This document shows positions 32,701 through 45,288 of a stretch of 64,000 nucleotides of DNA, piece by piece. Every line of letters starts with the position of its first letter. Positions within the stretch are counted from its first letter, which is position 1. Made by a program: the position numbers and the translations under genes. Source of the DNA: Podarcis filfolensis (lineage: Eukaryota); assembly GCA_964270895.1 (NCBI GenBank), contig OZ185436.1; one strand, 5' to 3'. The notes under the pieces are model-generated. The model was not told the DNA's origin. It saw nothing but the letters and a program-made list of their open reading frames with translations, and made no database searches.

Positions 32701-35700
32701 ATTTAGCCCAGAGGCTTTCAACCTTTTTGAGTCCACGACTCCCTTGACCAACTGCATTCTTTCCGCAGCACCCATGTAGGGCTCAGGAGCCCAGTTATGT
32801 CACCCCTTGCCTGCAGATGTGGCAACCTCTCACCCTTTTTCGAACACCCTCCCTTGTGGAGTGTTCCCTCAGCCTCCTCTCCTCTCCCCTGGGCAGCTGC
32901 AGCTGCTGCCCCTGGTCTCTGAGTTGCCCCCCCCCCCAAGAGAGATGCCTCCTCCTCAAACTGCCCCACAGGGGCCTGGGAAGCAACCCCTGGCTGGCCC
33001 CAGAGGCACCATTCACCTGAGGAGCTTGTAGCAAGGACTGCTGCAACAAACAGCTGTGCAAGCCTTTGGGAGGCAGAGACACAAGAGGGCATCAGGAGGG
33101 AGGGAAGGAAAGAGAGATAGAGGCCAGTGTTGCCCACGGTACCCTGACCATCATTCAAGGCACCCCAGGTTGAAAACTACTGATTTAGCCAATAGACTTT
33201 GGATTTGATGGGCAACCTAGTGCGTGATTTTCCCCGGCCTGAACATCCCTGTTAAATATAGGGTTGAGCTCTGAAAGCTGTTAGAATGCAGTTGTCACTT
33301 TGGACTGAGTTGCGGGTACCTGCTCTTTCTTGGCATAGGAAGTTTATGTTGCCTGTTCCAAATAACCTATTTGTAGATCAATTTCATCCCAGAGGCAGTT
33401 CCTTTTGGCACACTGTTTCCTCCCACAATAAGGAAAAGCTTTGAGTTCCGTATAAGTGGATACGTCTTGAGTGGTGATCTGTGCTTTCTTAAGAGCATTT
33501 CCCATGAAAACCATTAGAGAAGTCGAAGCTGCCTTGGTAGCCGGCCGTGGGAACAGAGACCACAGGCATTGCTTTGCAGACTGGAACAGTAATCCCTTCA
33601 CTCTCTCTGTCTTAGGCTCGCGATGTCTACGAAGAAGCCATACAGACTGTGATGACAGTGCGGGATTTCACTCAGGTGTTCGACAGCTACGCCCAGTTTG
33701 AGGAGAGCATGATCGCTGCCAAGATGGAGACCAGCTCTGAGATGGGACGTGAGGAGGAGGGTAAGAGCAGCTCAGGTGGTAGGAAGCAGGGGCTGCTCCT
33801 CCTTCCCTTTCGGAAGAGAAGAAATTCTTCTCCAGACTGCATCTAGGAGAATGCATGCCACAGTTGCTGAGACTCCTGACGATGTCTCAGTTCTCCCTAA
33901 ACTTTTTCAAGTTGTGATGGATGTTTCTCCCTGGGGTTGCATCATTGATAAAGCCTTATATTAAAAGAGCTTCCCTCTCCTAAAGGAACCCAGGGCATAG
34001 CTATAGGTATGGAATGTGTAGGTGAGAAAATAGAGGGGGAATTTCAGCTGCAAGTAGCTGCCTTCCTGCACCATCTCTCATTCCTGCTCTTTTGCCCCCC
34101 CCCCCCCGGGGAAACAGATGATGTGGACCTGGAGCTGCGCCTGGCTCGCTTTGAGCAGCTGATCACACGCCGGCCCTTGCTTCTTAACAGTGTCCTCTTG
34201 CGCCAGAATCCTCACAACGTCCACGAGTGGCACAAGCGGGTGAAGCTGTATGAAGGCAAACCTCGCGAGGTAAGGAAATCCCCACAGTAGGGATCGCATG
34301 AGCAGACCCAGCGCTGGGAACGAGGGAGCTGCTGGACTTTCAGGCTAGCGTGTTCCCCTTCTATTAAACACTGGATTTCAGCATCAGTGATGAATGGCGA
34401 AGTTTTGGGTATGGAGCTGAATCTGAATACCCTCCAAGGAGTTGCTGCCACCCAACGTTGGTCGTGTCACTGATGGAAGTTGACACAGCATTTCGTCCAC
34501 TGGGGCTCCCTCCACCCCAAGCAAATTTCATGAAGTTTCAAAAAGCTTCTGTCTACTAATGGGTGCTCAGCACATTGGAGTTTCCACATTTGCTCAGAAG
34601 GGCATTCATAGACGGGTACTCATGCCGGTCTAATTAAGCTGCTGCCTGGAAGGCAGGGCTGAGCTGGAAATGGAGAGCCAGTTCTCCCACTTGTCACCAT
34701 CTAGTAGCCTTCTAGATCTGCTGAGAAGCAGGCTGTTTTCCAGAATAAAAACTTCATTGGGATTGTACTAGTTGGCACTTCTCACTTCCTCTGTGTTGTG
34801 CTTCGCAGCTACAGCCACCAAACCGTACAGGAAGGAAGGAACCTAGGAACCTGCCAGAGCTCAATCTTTTCTTTTCCTCTACCTCTCTCCCTGCTTCCTC
34901 CAGATCATCAACACATACACAGAAGCGGTGCAGACTGTCGACCCCTTTAAAGCCACCGGAAAGACACATACGCTCTGGGTTTCTTTTGCCAAATTCTACG
35001 AGGTCAATGGACAGATCGAAGACGTGAGTGATGCATGGGTTTGGGAGGCTGACGCTGCTCTGTCCTTGCCTTTCAAAATGTTTCCTGCCTTACTTTCCTA
35101 GCTGCTGCCCAGAAGCACAACAGAGACTCGGGTTCTGTGTTGCGAATGCCCTTCACCACAGCTGCCTCAGGCTTAACTCCATGCATTTTTGTTACTGTGT
35201 TTCATTCTTCTTGTAAATTGATTCAGGGATTTTCGTTGTGGTGAGCGAGTCTTATATTCAGTCAACCTAACCCAAACTCCGGGAAGCCACCATCCTTGGT
35301 GATGCAGTATTACTCGGATGACCTGCCCCACCACATAGCCTAGTCCAAGGAGAGGAGATGCTGAAACTGGGGGCTCTTTCTGGCCCTGCTTTCCCCCTCA
35401 CCTTGCCTACCTCACCTTACTTGTTCCCAGGCCAGAACCATTTTTGAAAAGGCTACCAAGGTCAACTTCAAGCAAGTGGATGAGCTGGCCAGCGTGTGGT
35501 GCGAATATGGCGAGATGGAGTTGCGGCACGAGAACTATGACCAAGCGCTGCGCATCCTGCGGGTGAGCAGAAACAGGGCGGCAGGCATCTGATAATCCAG
35601 AAGTGTTGCTTTTTGGGTTCCCAGACGATTACTTCGGAGTTAAGGGCATATAGTCATGCAATCAAAAACAAGACTCCTTTCTTCTGTCCACATCACCCTG

Positions 35701-38700
35701 AATGGAGTTGGAGCTCTAGTGGTTGAATCACAGGGGAGCACTGTTATTAGCTGAATGGTGCGGTGTGGCTAAATAAGAAAGCAGGAAACCAAGATTTCTA
35801 AGCTTTTGTATTTCTAACAATGTGAGGCCACCCAGTTTCCTGTCTGCAGAGATAATTTATATCTAAAGAGAGAGATACATTCTAAGGGTGGGATTCAACC
35901 AAGTTGTTGCAAGCGCAAAGCGAGGTCTGTTCTCACAACAGGATTCCTCTGCACGCACACGCACGCGCGCGCACACACACACACCCCAAAAGAAATTCTG
36001 CTCTGGAAGTTAGAGGATCCTCAGAACAGGTTTAGAGGGCACACGGGGAGAACGGGGGACATCTTCTTGCTTGAGCAGGCCTTGTTCCCCATGTGCATAC
36101 CCTACTTAGTGCTATGTGAATTCTACCCTTAATCATGTTTTCTCTTGTTCCTTCAGAAAGCCACAGCCATCCCAGCTAAGAAAGCAGAGTATTTTGATTC
36201 CTCAGAACCTGTGCAGAACCGTGTCTACAAGTCCCTCAAGGTTTGGTCAATGTTGGCTGACCTGGAAGAAAGTCTTGGCACCTTCAAGGTAAGTGGCCTT
36301 TCCTGGCCTCCATTGTCTGCCAGAGCCTTCTGGAGTTGTGGAAAGGGCAAGCGCCAACTTTTCCTGTCTGGAACAGCCATAGAAGCCTGCCTCATCCAGA
36401 CACGAAAAGCATTAGCTTTGGGTTTCTGTTCTTCTTTCCTATCATGGCACTTCTCTCTGGCTGTTTTAAGTATTATTCAATCAGCTTTAATCGCCTTCTG
36501 TCCAGAAGTGTCTGAGAAGTATCCAAGGAAGCAAGTACTGTGGGCAGTAAATGTCTCCTTGAGCTAGCAGGGAGAGACAGAATAAGGGTCAACATCTGGG
36601 AATTAGACTAAAGACAAATTAGAAACCCGGCTCCAGTTTAGCAGGCAAAAGGATTAACCACTGGGACAAGCTGTGCAGAAAGTGAATGACTTTTTGCCAC
36701 TTCAGCAGCCCTCCCAAAACAGTCGTCTTCTTTTTTTAAAAAAGCTTTAGCTAGGCACAAATGAGCTGGTTTTTGAATTGGCATTCCTTGGCTTCTGAGT
36801 GGCACAAAATCAGTGGTTAGGTATTCCGTGGACTTCTTGGTTTGCTAGCTAATGCTATACTTGGAGATCTTCTGAACACCCAAAACGACAGACCCTCACT
36901 GTTTCCTAGTCATCTTTAAGCTATTCTAGAGACTGTACCCTCCTCTCCTCCCCTTTCACCATGGCTTTGGCTTTGAAATAGTATGATGCTGACGCACGGA
37001 GAGGGAGGCTGTCATGCTCCATCAACTGCTTCCTGTGCCTGTCTAGAGAGTAACATTAGGGCCCAGAGAACTGGCTCTGTTTCATGGAGCTGTTGTAAGT
37101 TGGTAGCAGAGCAGCCTTGCACAACTCAAGCCCCTGACTTTCCGTTCCCTGAAGCGAAGTCTCTACTTCAAGAAACTGAGTGGGTTTTGGTACCCATAGC
37201 TTCTTTCAGCATATTTATCTGTGCTCTCCTGACTTCTTTCCTGCCTTCAATGTTTCCCCCTTTTATTCATGATTATTTCTAGCTAGCCTTTTAGAAGCGG
37301 CTGGGATATTTTTAATGCATTTCCCTTTTCTCTTGGTTTTAATGTATCTATGTGAGGTTTATTGTCTGGGGTTTGGTTGCAAGTCGCTGTGGATTGCCTT
37401 GGACAAGATAAAGTAGTTGACAGATTTAATCGATAAATAAAACTATGTGAAGCACACAGCAGTAGTACACTACATGTGAAGTAGTACACTACGTGAGAAG
37501 CACTACAGTTCTTGCTCCCATCTTTTCTGACAATCCAGTTGGGGCCTGCTGATTCCCTTTGACGGTAATACGGAGGCTTGTTTACCGCTTGCCTTGAGCA
37601 GCTGTGGGCAGCAGCCCTGCCAGCTCTGCATTAAAAGGCCTGTATTGACCACAGGGACTTGTTTCCTCCCTCCTGATCTCCTCCCTCTATATCTCTGGGC
37701 ATAGCTGGGGAAGGGACAGTGACTGAGGGCCCCAAGCTGTCTCTGTAACTCGGCTGTCGCTTTGTGGTTCAGCCTAATATTGAAGTTTCTTTATGTCACC
37801 ACCCCTAGTCTACTAAAGCCGTGTATGACCGCATTCTGGACCTGCGCATTGCCACCCCACAAATCATCATTAACTATGGCCTCTTCCTGGAAGAGCACAG
37901 CTACTTTGAAGAGAGCTTCAAGGTGAGTTGGCCGTATCAATACCTCTGTCTGCTCTCACAGCAGCTGGGGGAGTGGGAAGTTGCCCATCTGGTTGGTTTG
38001 GGAGCCACAGAATCGCAAAAGCTGCCTGCTGCAAGCTGTGGAGCTTGAGAGGGAGGACCTTGGGCTCAAAATATCTACAGTGTGTGGTGTACTTCTTAGG
38101 TAGCAGAGCGGAACTCTGCAGATCCTACATCTCTGTAACCTTTGGAAAGATTAGCATGAAGGGTAGGATTCAGCTAATGGGTCCCGTGATTCATTCCTTG
38201 GCATCTCCGGTTTAAAAGACCCTCAGGTAGCAAAGCTGGGAAAAGGTTTATCTATTTTGGAGATATTGGGTTGCTGCTGTCAGCCAGAGCAGATAGTACT
38301 GGACTGCATAGACCACAATCACCTGGCTCAATATGGTGGTTTTCATATAGGCAAGAGTATACCAACTAGAAGAAAGCTTTTGCTGTCTTTTTCATACCAT
38401 TCCTTCTCTCCGGCAGGCGTATGAGAGGGGCATCTCATTGTTCAAGTGGCCAAACGTGTATGACATTTGGAACACCTATCTTACCAAATTCACCGACCGC
38501 TATGGTGGCAAGAAGTTGGAGCGTGCACGGGACCTCTTTGAACAGGCTCTAGATGGCTGCCCCCAGAAATACGCTAAAAGTAAGCGGAACTGTGCTGTGT
38601 TGCAAGGGAGCAGAGGCAGTAAAAGCCTGGGGGTGGGAGCTGATAAATAATGGGAAAAGACCAGTCCTGTTTTCCTGGGCAATGGAAGCTGAGATACAGG

Positions 38701-41700
38701 AAACAGCAAGGCCAAATCTAGAGGACTTGCTCCCAAAGCAAGCCAGAGGGCACCTGCATCCATAACCCAGTGGTTGCCATCGTGGTGTTCTCCAGAGGTT
38801 GTGGATTGCAGTTCCCATCTGTCTCAACTGGGCTGGCTTAGCCAGTAGTCTGAGATCATGGGAGTTGTAGTTCAAAACATCTGAATGGCACCCCCCTAGG
38901 GTAGCCAATCTGTTTGAGGCCTGATAAGTTCCTCTCCAGCAGGAGCCATTGAGATGGAGAGAACATCTCTGTCACATCCTCTTCAGTGCAAGAGGGCAAT
39001 CTGAATAATTCTCCCTTGGGGCAGTGCTTATTTAAAACTTTTCCTATGGTATCTGGAGTGTCACTAACGTAGTCCATACAGGGCCAAAATATCTTGGTGA
39101 GAAGAGTTGACCCAAAGATTGGGGGTGGGGGAGGAATGTAGTTTTGCTTTAATTTCTTCTCTGTTCACAGCTATCTACTTGCTGTATGCCAAACTGGAGG
39201 AAGAATATGGGCTGGCACGCCATGCCATGGCCGTGTATGAGAGGGCCACTCAGGCTGTGCAGCCTTCGGAGCAGTATGACATGTACAATATCTACATCAA
39301 GAGAGCAGCTGAAATCTATGGGGTCACACACACACGTAGCATCTACGAGAAGGCTATTGAGGTTAGTTCCTTCTTTCCAAATAAATAATGCTGTGTTTAA
39401 AACTCCAGGATGAGTCTCTTGCTCTCGCCTAGAGAGGAACTAGTCTGCTAGGTAATGGCTGAAGAGGATTGTGTTCCCTTATATGTTATGGGGTAAATGC
39501 AAATACAGCTTCTGTAATCACTATTACAACTATGAGGATATTGTGCAATATGCTGTTTTTGCTATTATTCAGCACAGGTCAAAGGTTGAGTGCCACCTTT
39601 TTATAAAGCCCTATATAGCTTGGGACACTTCCCAGAGATACCTGCTTGTGCCCTGAGGTCCACTTCAGAAACAGGGCTGATGGATAGCAGAGAGTGAGCC
39701 AGTCCCTTTGATCGCAACCCCCAACCTTCGGAAGGCTGCCTTTGGGGAGGCTCACTTGGTGTCCACACAAATCTTTGTCATCATGCATCAGGACTGCTTG
39801 ACATCAATTCAACTTGTGTCTTTTTCTGCTGCTGTGCTCTTATTGCGCCCCTTTTGGTTTGCAATATGTGTTTGGATGCTTTTGTTTTTAACTCGTTAGC
39901 CATTTTAGAAGCATTGACGGTCAGGATGCAATTTTAACACGTATCCCCATTGCAGGTGCTGACAGATGAACACGCTCGGGAGATGTGCCTGCGCTTTGCC
40001 GACATGGAGTGCAAGCTGGGCGAAATAGACCGAGCTCGGGCCATCTATTCCTACTGTTCGCAGATGTGTGATCCCCGAGTAAGTCACCTGGTGGGCTCTC
40101 CTTTGTGAGAAGTTTCTAATTAAATTGGATGGCCATCTGTCAGGGGTTCTTTAGCTGCGATTCCTGCGTTGCAGGGGGTTGGACTAGTTGACCCTCAGGG
40201 ACCCTTCCAACTCTACAATTCTATGATCTCTCCCACACACTAGACTAGAGAACTAGTCATACACCTGCCTGAGCATGGCCTTTCAGGACCCAGTGTGGGA
40301 AGGTGAGAAAAGCTAGCTCTCCATTATGTTCAAGGATAACTCTATCAGCATTATTATTGTTTATTATAACAACTTATTTATCGCAAAGATTCAAGGATTT
40401 TAATTTGTGGTGCAGAAGATACACTGCACAACTCATCTCTGTACACAGACACACCTCCATGTTGCTTTTCCCATAGCAGAGCTCAGGGGAAAGACTAGTG
40501 AAGCAGGAAGGAGAAGTTCCGCTTGATCTGTTGAACTTCGCAGTGACTGCCTTCTTTCCCACCCCACCCCTCAAAACACTTTTTCTTCTCCTGCCAGACT
40601 ACTGCCAATTTCTGGCAGACATGGAAGGAATTTGAGATCCGGCATGGGAACGAAGACACTATCCGGGAGATGCTTCGCATTAAACGAAGCGTGCAAGCAA
40701 CCTACAACACACAAGTCAATTTCATGGCCTCTCAGATGCTGAAGGTGTACAGCAATGCCACGGGCACAGGTAGGTCTCCCCCCCCCCCCCCCCCCGCACA
40801 GGTACCAGCAGAGAGGGGTGTCTGCCACTACATCTCCTTTTCCGTTCTAACCCTTCCTCTGCCCTTCCCTCCTGCTTGTCTTTTGGTTTCAGTGTCTGAC
40901 CTGGCACCTGGGCAGAGTGGCATGGATGACATGAAACTGTTAGAGCAGCGGGCAGAGCAGTTGGCAGCTGAAGCGGAGCGAGATCAGCCCCAAGCTAAGG
41001 AGAAGATCCTGTTTGTCAGGTGAGTGTACTGCAGGCCAGGGAGACTTGCTTAACCTCTTTGCTGTAGGTCACCACCCAGCATGCAATACACCAGGGGTCA
41101 TATTTCAGGTTGGGCAAGAACCAAGCTGTTTGTCGTAAGCTTGGAGAGTTGTAGAAGTAGGGATGGCCGCACAAGGTGGCTGCTGTTGGAAATGGGAAAA
41201 CATGCAGTGTTCTTGCCATGAGAAACTAGGCAGTAGACAGAATCTATTTAATGTGCAGTGTACATTACTTTTTATCTTAATGCATGTATGTTCTGGTTAG
41301 AGGTTTTAAAAATATTTCCCCCTGGAATTTGGGTAGTAGAAGAGACACAGAAGTATAGCCAGGGCCACAGAAACCACCTTGTGCCTACTGTCTCCACTAC
41401 TTCAAAGGTTTTTTTGTGGTGGTTGGGCGGGGGAAGAGACATTTTTAAACAACTGCTCAGTTTGTCCATCAGCTGTGTTAAAATTCTGTATGTGTCCACG
41501 TGTACTCAAGTTGGATAGCTAGTGGAATTCTAGTTCTTATCATGATTAAACTTGTGTCTCTGTTGGGTAGTGGCAGGCACACACTATCAGACCCAAGCTG
41601 GGCTTTGTCGCTACATGACTTGATCCTAGAGTCGAAGATCTTGACATTAGACTAAAGCCTGAAACTAACACAAAACAGGATTAAGAGAGTTTGCATTTCA

Positions 41701-42577
41701 GGGTAGAGGGAGGAGTGTAGCAATGGTGTGACTTATGTTTTAACCTCCATTGGCCCCTTCACTATGCATTTTTGTTCTGTTTTGCCTTGATGGTTGTTAC
41801 AGTGAAGCCTAATGCATTTATGATCATGCGGATAGTGAAGCTGTAGAGTTGAGTCAACACTGCAGGTTCTAATAGTTGGTGTAGCTTATCTAGTGGCTTT
41901 CAGTTGCAGCTTGCAGTGGAGAAGAGACATGTGAACCTGTAAAGCCAGCTTGATCTTCTCAGGATGGACCTGTTTCCTGCAGTATAGGCATGGGGCAGTC
42001 ACTGTGTGAATAATACTGTGCTGGCTCCTGTACGATTCACCAGTTTCTTGTTCCTTATTTCTAGGAGTGATGCTTCCCGCAGTGAGCTGGCTGAACTCTC
42101 CAAACAGGCTAATCCTGATGAGATAGACATTGATTTGGATGATGGAGATGAGAGTGAGGATAATGAGCCTGACGGTAAGTAAGAGACGGTGCTGTATGGT
42201 CTAGTTTTTGAAGCGAATAGGCACAAAGTAGACTAGGGTTTAGCAGTAGATCTCTAGATGATTTGCAACAGAGCAGCAAGTGTTTCTGATCTGCCAGGTC
42301 TCTAAAAAGTCCCCACACATGAAAAAGAGGGATTGCTGAAAATATTTTTGGCAAAACTAAGAGTATATTTTTATGTGAAAAAGAGAGTTCAGCTTAGTTC
42401 TGGCACAAATCAGAAATGGTTGCTAGAATGCTGAGGTTCAACCCAGCAAAGTCATTTCTCTAAGCCTGACATGTGACTGTTCTTGCTTGATTATCCCAAA
42501 TCTTCTCTCCTACAGAGGTGCAGCTGGAGCAGAAGAGTGTTCCTTCCGCTGTGTTTGGAGGCCTTAAGGATGATTGA
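26794..42577 (+). CDS. XAB2: XPA-binding protein 2 / pre-mRNA splicing factor SYF1 (HAT repeats), 19 exons, 852 aa
   Basis: join(26794..26838, 27832..27980, 28347..28470, 29641..29838, 31229..31363, 31528..31692, 33616..33760, 34118..34269, 34904..35023, 35431..35562, 36157..36288, 37809..37922, 38417..38579, 39171..39361, 39956..40078, 40598..40769, 40893..41019, 42065..42174, 42516..42577) = 2559 nt, all GT-AG with consistent phases. Peptides [36 protein letters not shown] and C-terminal [13 protein letters not shown] are diagnostic. AATAAA at 43005-43010. Confidence 0.98.
27376..27510. mobile_element. Short palindromic hAT MITE in XAB2 intron 1
   Basis: TIRs CAGCCTTTCTCAA and CAGCATTTCTCAA; TSD CTTTGTAA/CTCTGTAA (7 of 8); core ggactacaattcc...gatgatggga. 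Confidence 0.8.
28977..29220. mobile_element. Penelope-like element terminal remnant forming a perfect inverted repeat
   Basis: Arms 28977-29081 and 29089-29193 checked base by base as exact reverse complements (105 bp, 7-nt loop). GTAGCACCTTAAAGACCAAC and ...GACTATGGCAGACCAACACGGCTACC are typical of reptile Penelope-like ends. Confidence 0.8.
29090..29127 (+). ncRNA. Minimal type-I hammerhead ribozyme motif (mirror copy at 29043-29080 on the minus strand)
   Basis: GTAT-CTGAAGA-A-GTGTG(CATG)CACAC-GAAA-GCTC-ATAC: stem I GUAU/AUAC, core CUGANGA, stem II GUGUG/CACAC, GAAA, palindromic AGCU stem III, CUC cleavage triplet. Confidence 0.75.
30312..30485 (+). mobile_element. L2 3' fragment in XAB2 intron 4
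   Basis: gagggccttctcggtagtggcgcccaccctgtggaacaccctccc...gcagccctgtttagggaag matches the reverse complement of the 18500-18620 L2 end. Confidence 0.75.
32709..33182. mobile_element. Non-autonomous hAT (Charlie-type) DNA transposon, 474 bp
   Basis: TIRs CAGAGGCTTTCAACCT and (reverse complement) CAGTAGTTTTCAACCT; exact 8-bp TSD ATTTAGCC at 32701-32708 and 33183-33190. Confidence 0.88.
35885..36110. repeat. Interspersed MITE-like family, with related copies at ~9850-10045 and ~63830-64000
   Basis: Shared ...gcacaac.gg...cccc...ggaacaccccc/ctcagaacaggtttagagggcac..ggggaga... motifs in three places. Confidence 0.45.
40154..40227 (+). mobile_element. CR1/SINE 3' tail fragment (another at ~3050-3092)
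   Basis: gggggttggactagttgaccctcagggacccttccaactctacaattctatga. Confidence 0.7.
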
Positions 42578-42737
42578 GCAGCTGCAGATGGATGAACTGC
42601 TTTTGAGCTACAAGTGTCATATCTGTTTAAGCTGGGCTTGGTGTAATTTGTTTGTTTTCCTTGATAGTATCCTTTTCTATTCTGTCATGTTGCTATTTAT
42701 AAAATCTTTTTATCAAATGTCTGGTTTAGGTCTGTAT

Positions 42738-42876
42738 GGGAAACTAGCTCAATTGATTAGAGCATGGTGTTGGCAACACCAGGGTTGCAGTTTCAATCCC
42801 CGTAAGGGACAGCTACAAATTTGTGCATTGCAAGGGGTTGGACTGGATGATCCGCAGGGTCCCTTCCAGCTCTATG
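42738..42876 (+). mobile_element. tRNA-derived SINE with CR1-type tail in the XAB2 3'UTR
   Basis: A-box-like TAGCTCAATTGATT, B-box-like GGTTGCAGTTTCAATCCC, tail ggggttggactggatga...ccttccagctctatga. Confidence 0.8.
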
Positions 42877-44704
42877 AGAAAAGGTGGGCAACAATGCCAG
42901 CTGCTGTATACATGAATAAGTAACCTGCACTGCCAGCTGCTAGTTTGGCATACTTTCATACTTTTCATTACTGAAACTCTAACTCTCCTAAGCTTAAAAA
43001 GTATAATAAAAGGGGCTTCTTCCAGTTCAGTGGCATGTTCAATACAATGGAGTGCTTAATCCCCACCTTCCTAATGGAATTTCCTTAACTGTGCTGCTGA
43101 TAAGAATTCATCCTCTCTCACTAGCTTAACTGTTGTGACAACAGTTACTTCATAAGATCCTGGCAGCTTAAAACAGACATGTCAATAAGCTCTTGATGTT
43201 TAGGAACAATGAACATTAAGGAAAGGGGGTTAAGCAGTAGTGATGAGGTTGTTACCACATACTTTCCGTGAATGCCAATTTGTCTTTCCTGCTATAGCAG
43301 TTTCTCCCAAGTCCTGTTCTTAAGTGTATTCCTGTCCTGCTTGGTCATGCTCATGGGGGAAAGTCCAACAAATAGCTGGGTGGAACAAGGAGAATGACCT
43401 TACTTCCTTCTACCAACCAGCTGAACACCTACCAAACCTCCACTGCTTTCAAGGAAGCAACGCTTAATTAAACCCAAACAAGGAAACAGCAGCTGGTCAC
43501 ACCCCAGTAGTTCTAACCCTGCATTAAACATGGAACAAGTCCACAAACATCCACAAACAAAAAAGGCTTTAAAATGGCTAGACTCCTATCTTGCCCGTGC
43601 CTCTGCCCTGCTATCCAAAACAGCTGAGTAATGGGCACAGGCTAAAGTTGAAGGCAGACACTTGCAACATAAACATAGAGAGAAAGGAAAGGCAGGCTTT
43701 CAAAACCAGAGACACAATCTGCCTCCAGTGTCTTTTTATTCACCCCACTCTGTGTGGAATGGAAGTACACCAAGTAATGACCAGCAAAGAGTTCATTTAA
43801 GTTACTTTATTAAGCAGCCAGGGACAAAGTTCCCACCTGCCCTTTTAATTTTTTTTAACACCAACCCTGCACTATACTGTATCCCCAAACACCTACATGA
43901 CATTCGGTCATCAACAAGCAACCACGAGAGACCTGGAATAAAGTTGAACAAGACAGAACCCCAAGCTGAACAGGATTGGCTTCCCCCAGCTCCCTCCTGC
44001 ACTCTGCCTTGAGAGCAACTGCTACCCCAAAAGAGCAGGAGGCGGAGGAAAAGACCCAGACAGCAAGTGGGCCGGGTAGGGGGTGGGGGAGAAGAGAAAG
44101 AAAAGAGGGTAGAAGCCCCTCAGTGCCCAGGCCTCCTCTGGCTCTTGGGGAGGACAACTGAAGGAGCAGCCTACATTCACTGCCTGCTACAGCCCAGAGG
44201 TGCAGCTCTAAACTGGTAAGGAAGGAAGGAAAGAAGAGGCTGGAGCCTGATCTCTTCCTAGAGCAGGTAGGAGTTTGCTTTTTCCATTTGGCAGCTCAGT
44301 TCAGGATCCACAGAGGCCTGCTCTGTGACTACAGCAACTCCCAGCTTCCAAATATTTTGAATGAGAATGGCCAGCTGAAGCTTGCCAAATTCGCAGGCTC
44401 CCTGCCATCCCCCAAAATGCCTGCTAAAAAGTTATTACATGTAAACAGCCCTTGCCCATCCCTACACCAAATAGCCCTTGTGAACAAGGGAGCAAGAAAA
44501 AAAAGCCCAAAGGGGAAGTGGGGAAGGAAGGAAGACAAAACGCCAAAGGAGGAAACATCCATCCACACACACACACCTTGTTCTGTGCTACCCTCCCCCC
44601 ACCATGCCTATCTCCATATACAAATTCACCCTGCCCCACTGTTCCAAATGCAATTTGTTCCTTTTTATATACAAATAATTGAAAAATCATTAAATAGCTC
44701 CAAG

Positions 44705-44752
44705 ATATATATATATATATCTATATATATATGTATAAGTATGTATAAATAT
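44705..44752. repeat. Imperfect (TA)n tract in the CAMSAP3 3'UTR
   Basis: Directly visible. Confidence 0.85.
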
Positions 44753-45288
44753 AAACAGGGGCACCCAGGGAAACAAGAAACCCCGAATAGAACCAAGGAA
44801 GGCCTGGGCCCCGTTCCCCAGGCAAGCAGAAGTCAGAAAGAGAGACCCTTCATTGCTGTGGTGGTGGACCAACATTCAGGTGGTGGCTGGAGGCAGAGAG
44901 AGCATGCAGGAGCCCAGACGAGCGCACACAGGCCGCATGTAGGGCAGTGTCACTATGGCAACTCTGAGCCTCTAGATTATCATGGGATTTGGCAGTTTCC
45001 AGAGCATCTGTCAACAACCCCCCCCCCAAAAAAAAGTAGTCTCCTCCTTTGAGCAGGCATCAGAACTATGCACAAGACTCCTGTGTGGCTCTGATCCAGC
45101 CAGAGATAACGCTGGTCCAGTACAAGATGTAGCCCCCTGCTTAACAGACCCATCTACACAAGCCCCCCATTTTGGAAGGTTATGTGTAGGGTTCCATATA
45201 TCCAACTTGGGCTGGCAACCTAACACGTAGCAGCTCTAAAGTCCAGGCAGAGAAAAGCAGTAGACGGACTGAGGTTGGAAAGGCCTGG

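Noticed and set aside
37462-37508. Short direct repeats containing the GTAGT-AC-ACTAC mini-palindrome, superficially CRISPR-like
   Set aside because: Only two to three adjacent ~19-nt units, no unique spacers, eukaryotic intron; a simple local duplication.
42483-42923. 146-aa ORF over the last XAB2 exon, suggesting a frameshifted, extended C-terminus
   Set aside because: Read in the spliced phase, the exon gives [20 protein letters not shown] with TGA at 42575-42577. The long ORF is just another frame.
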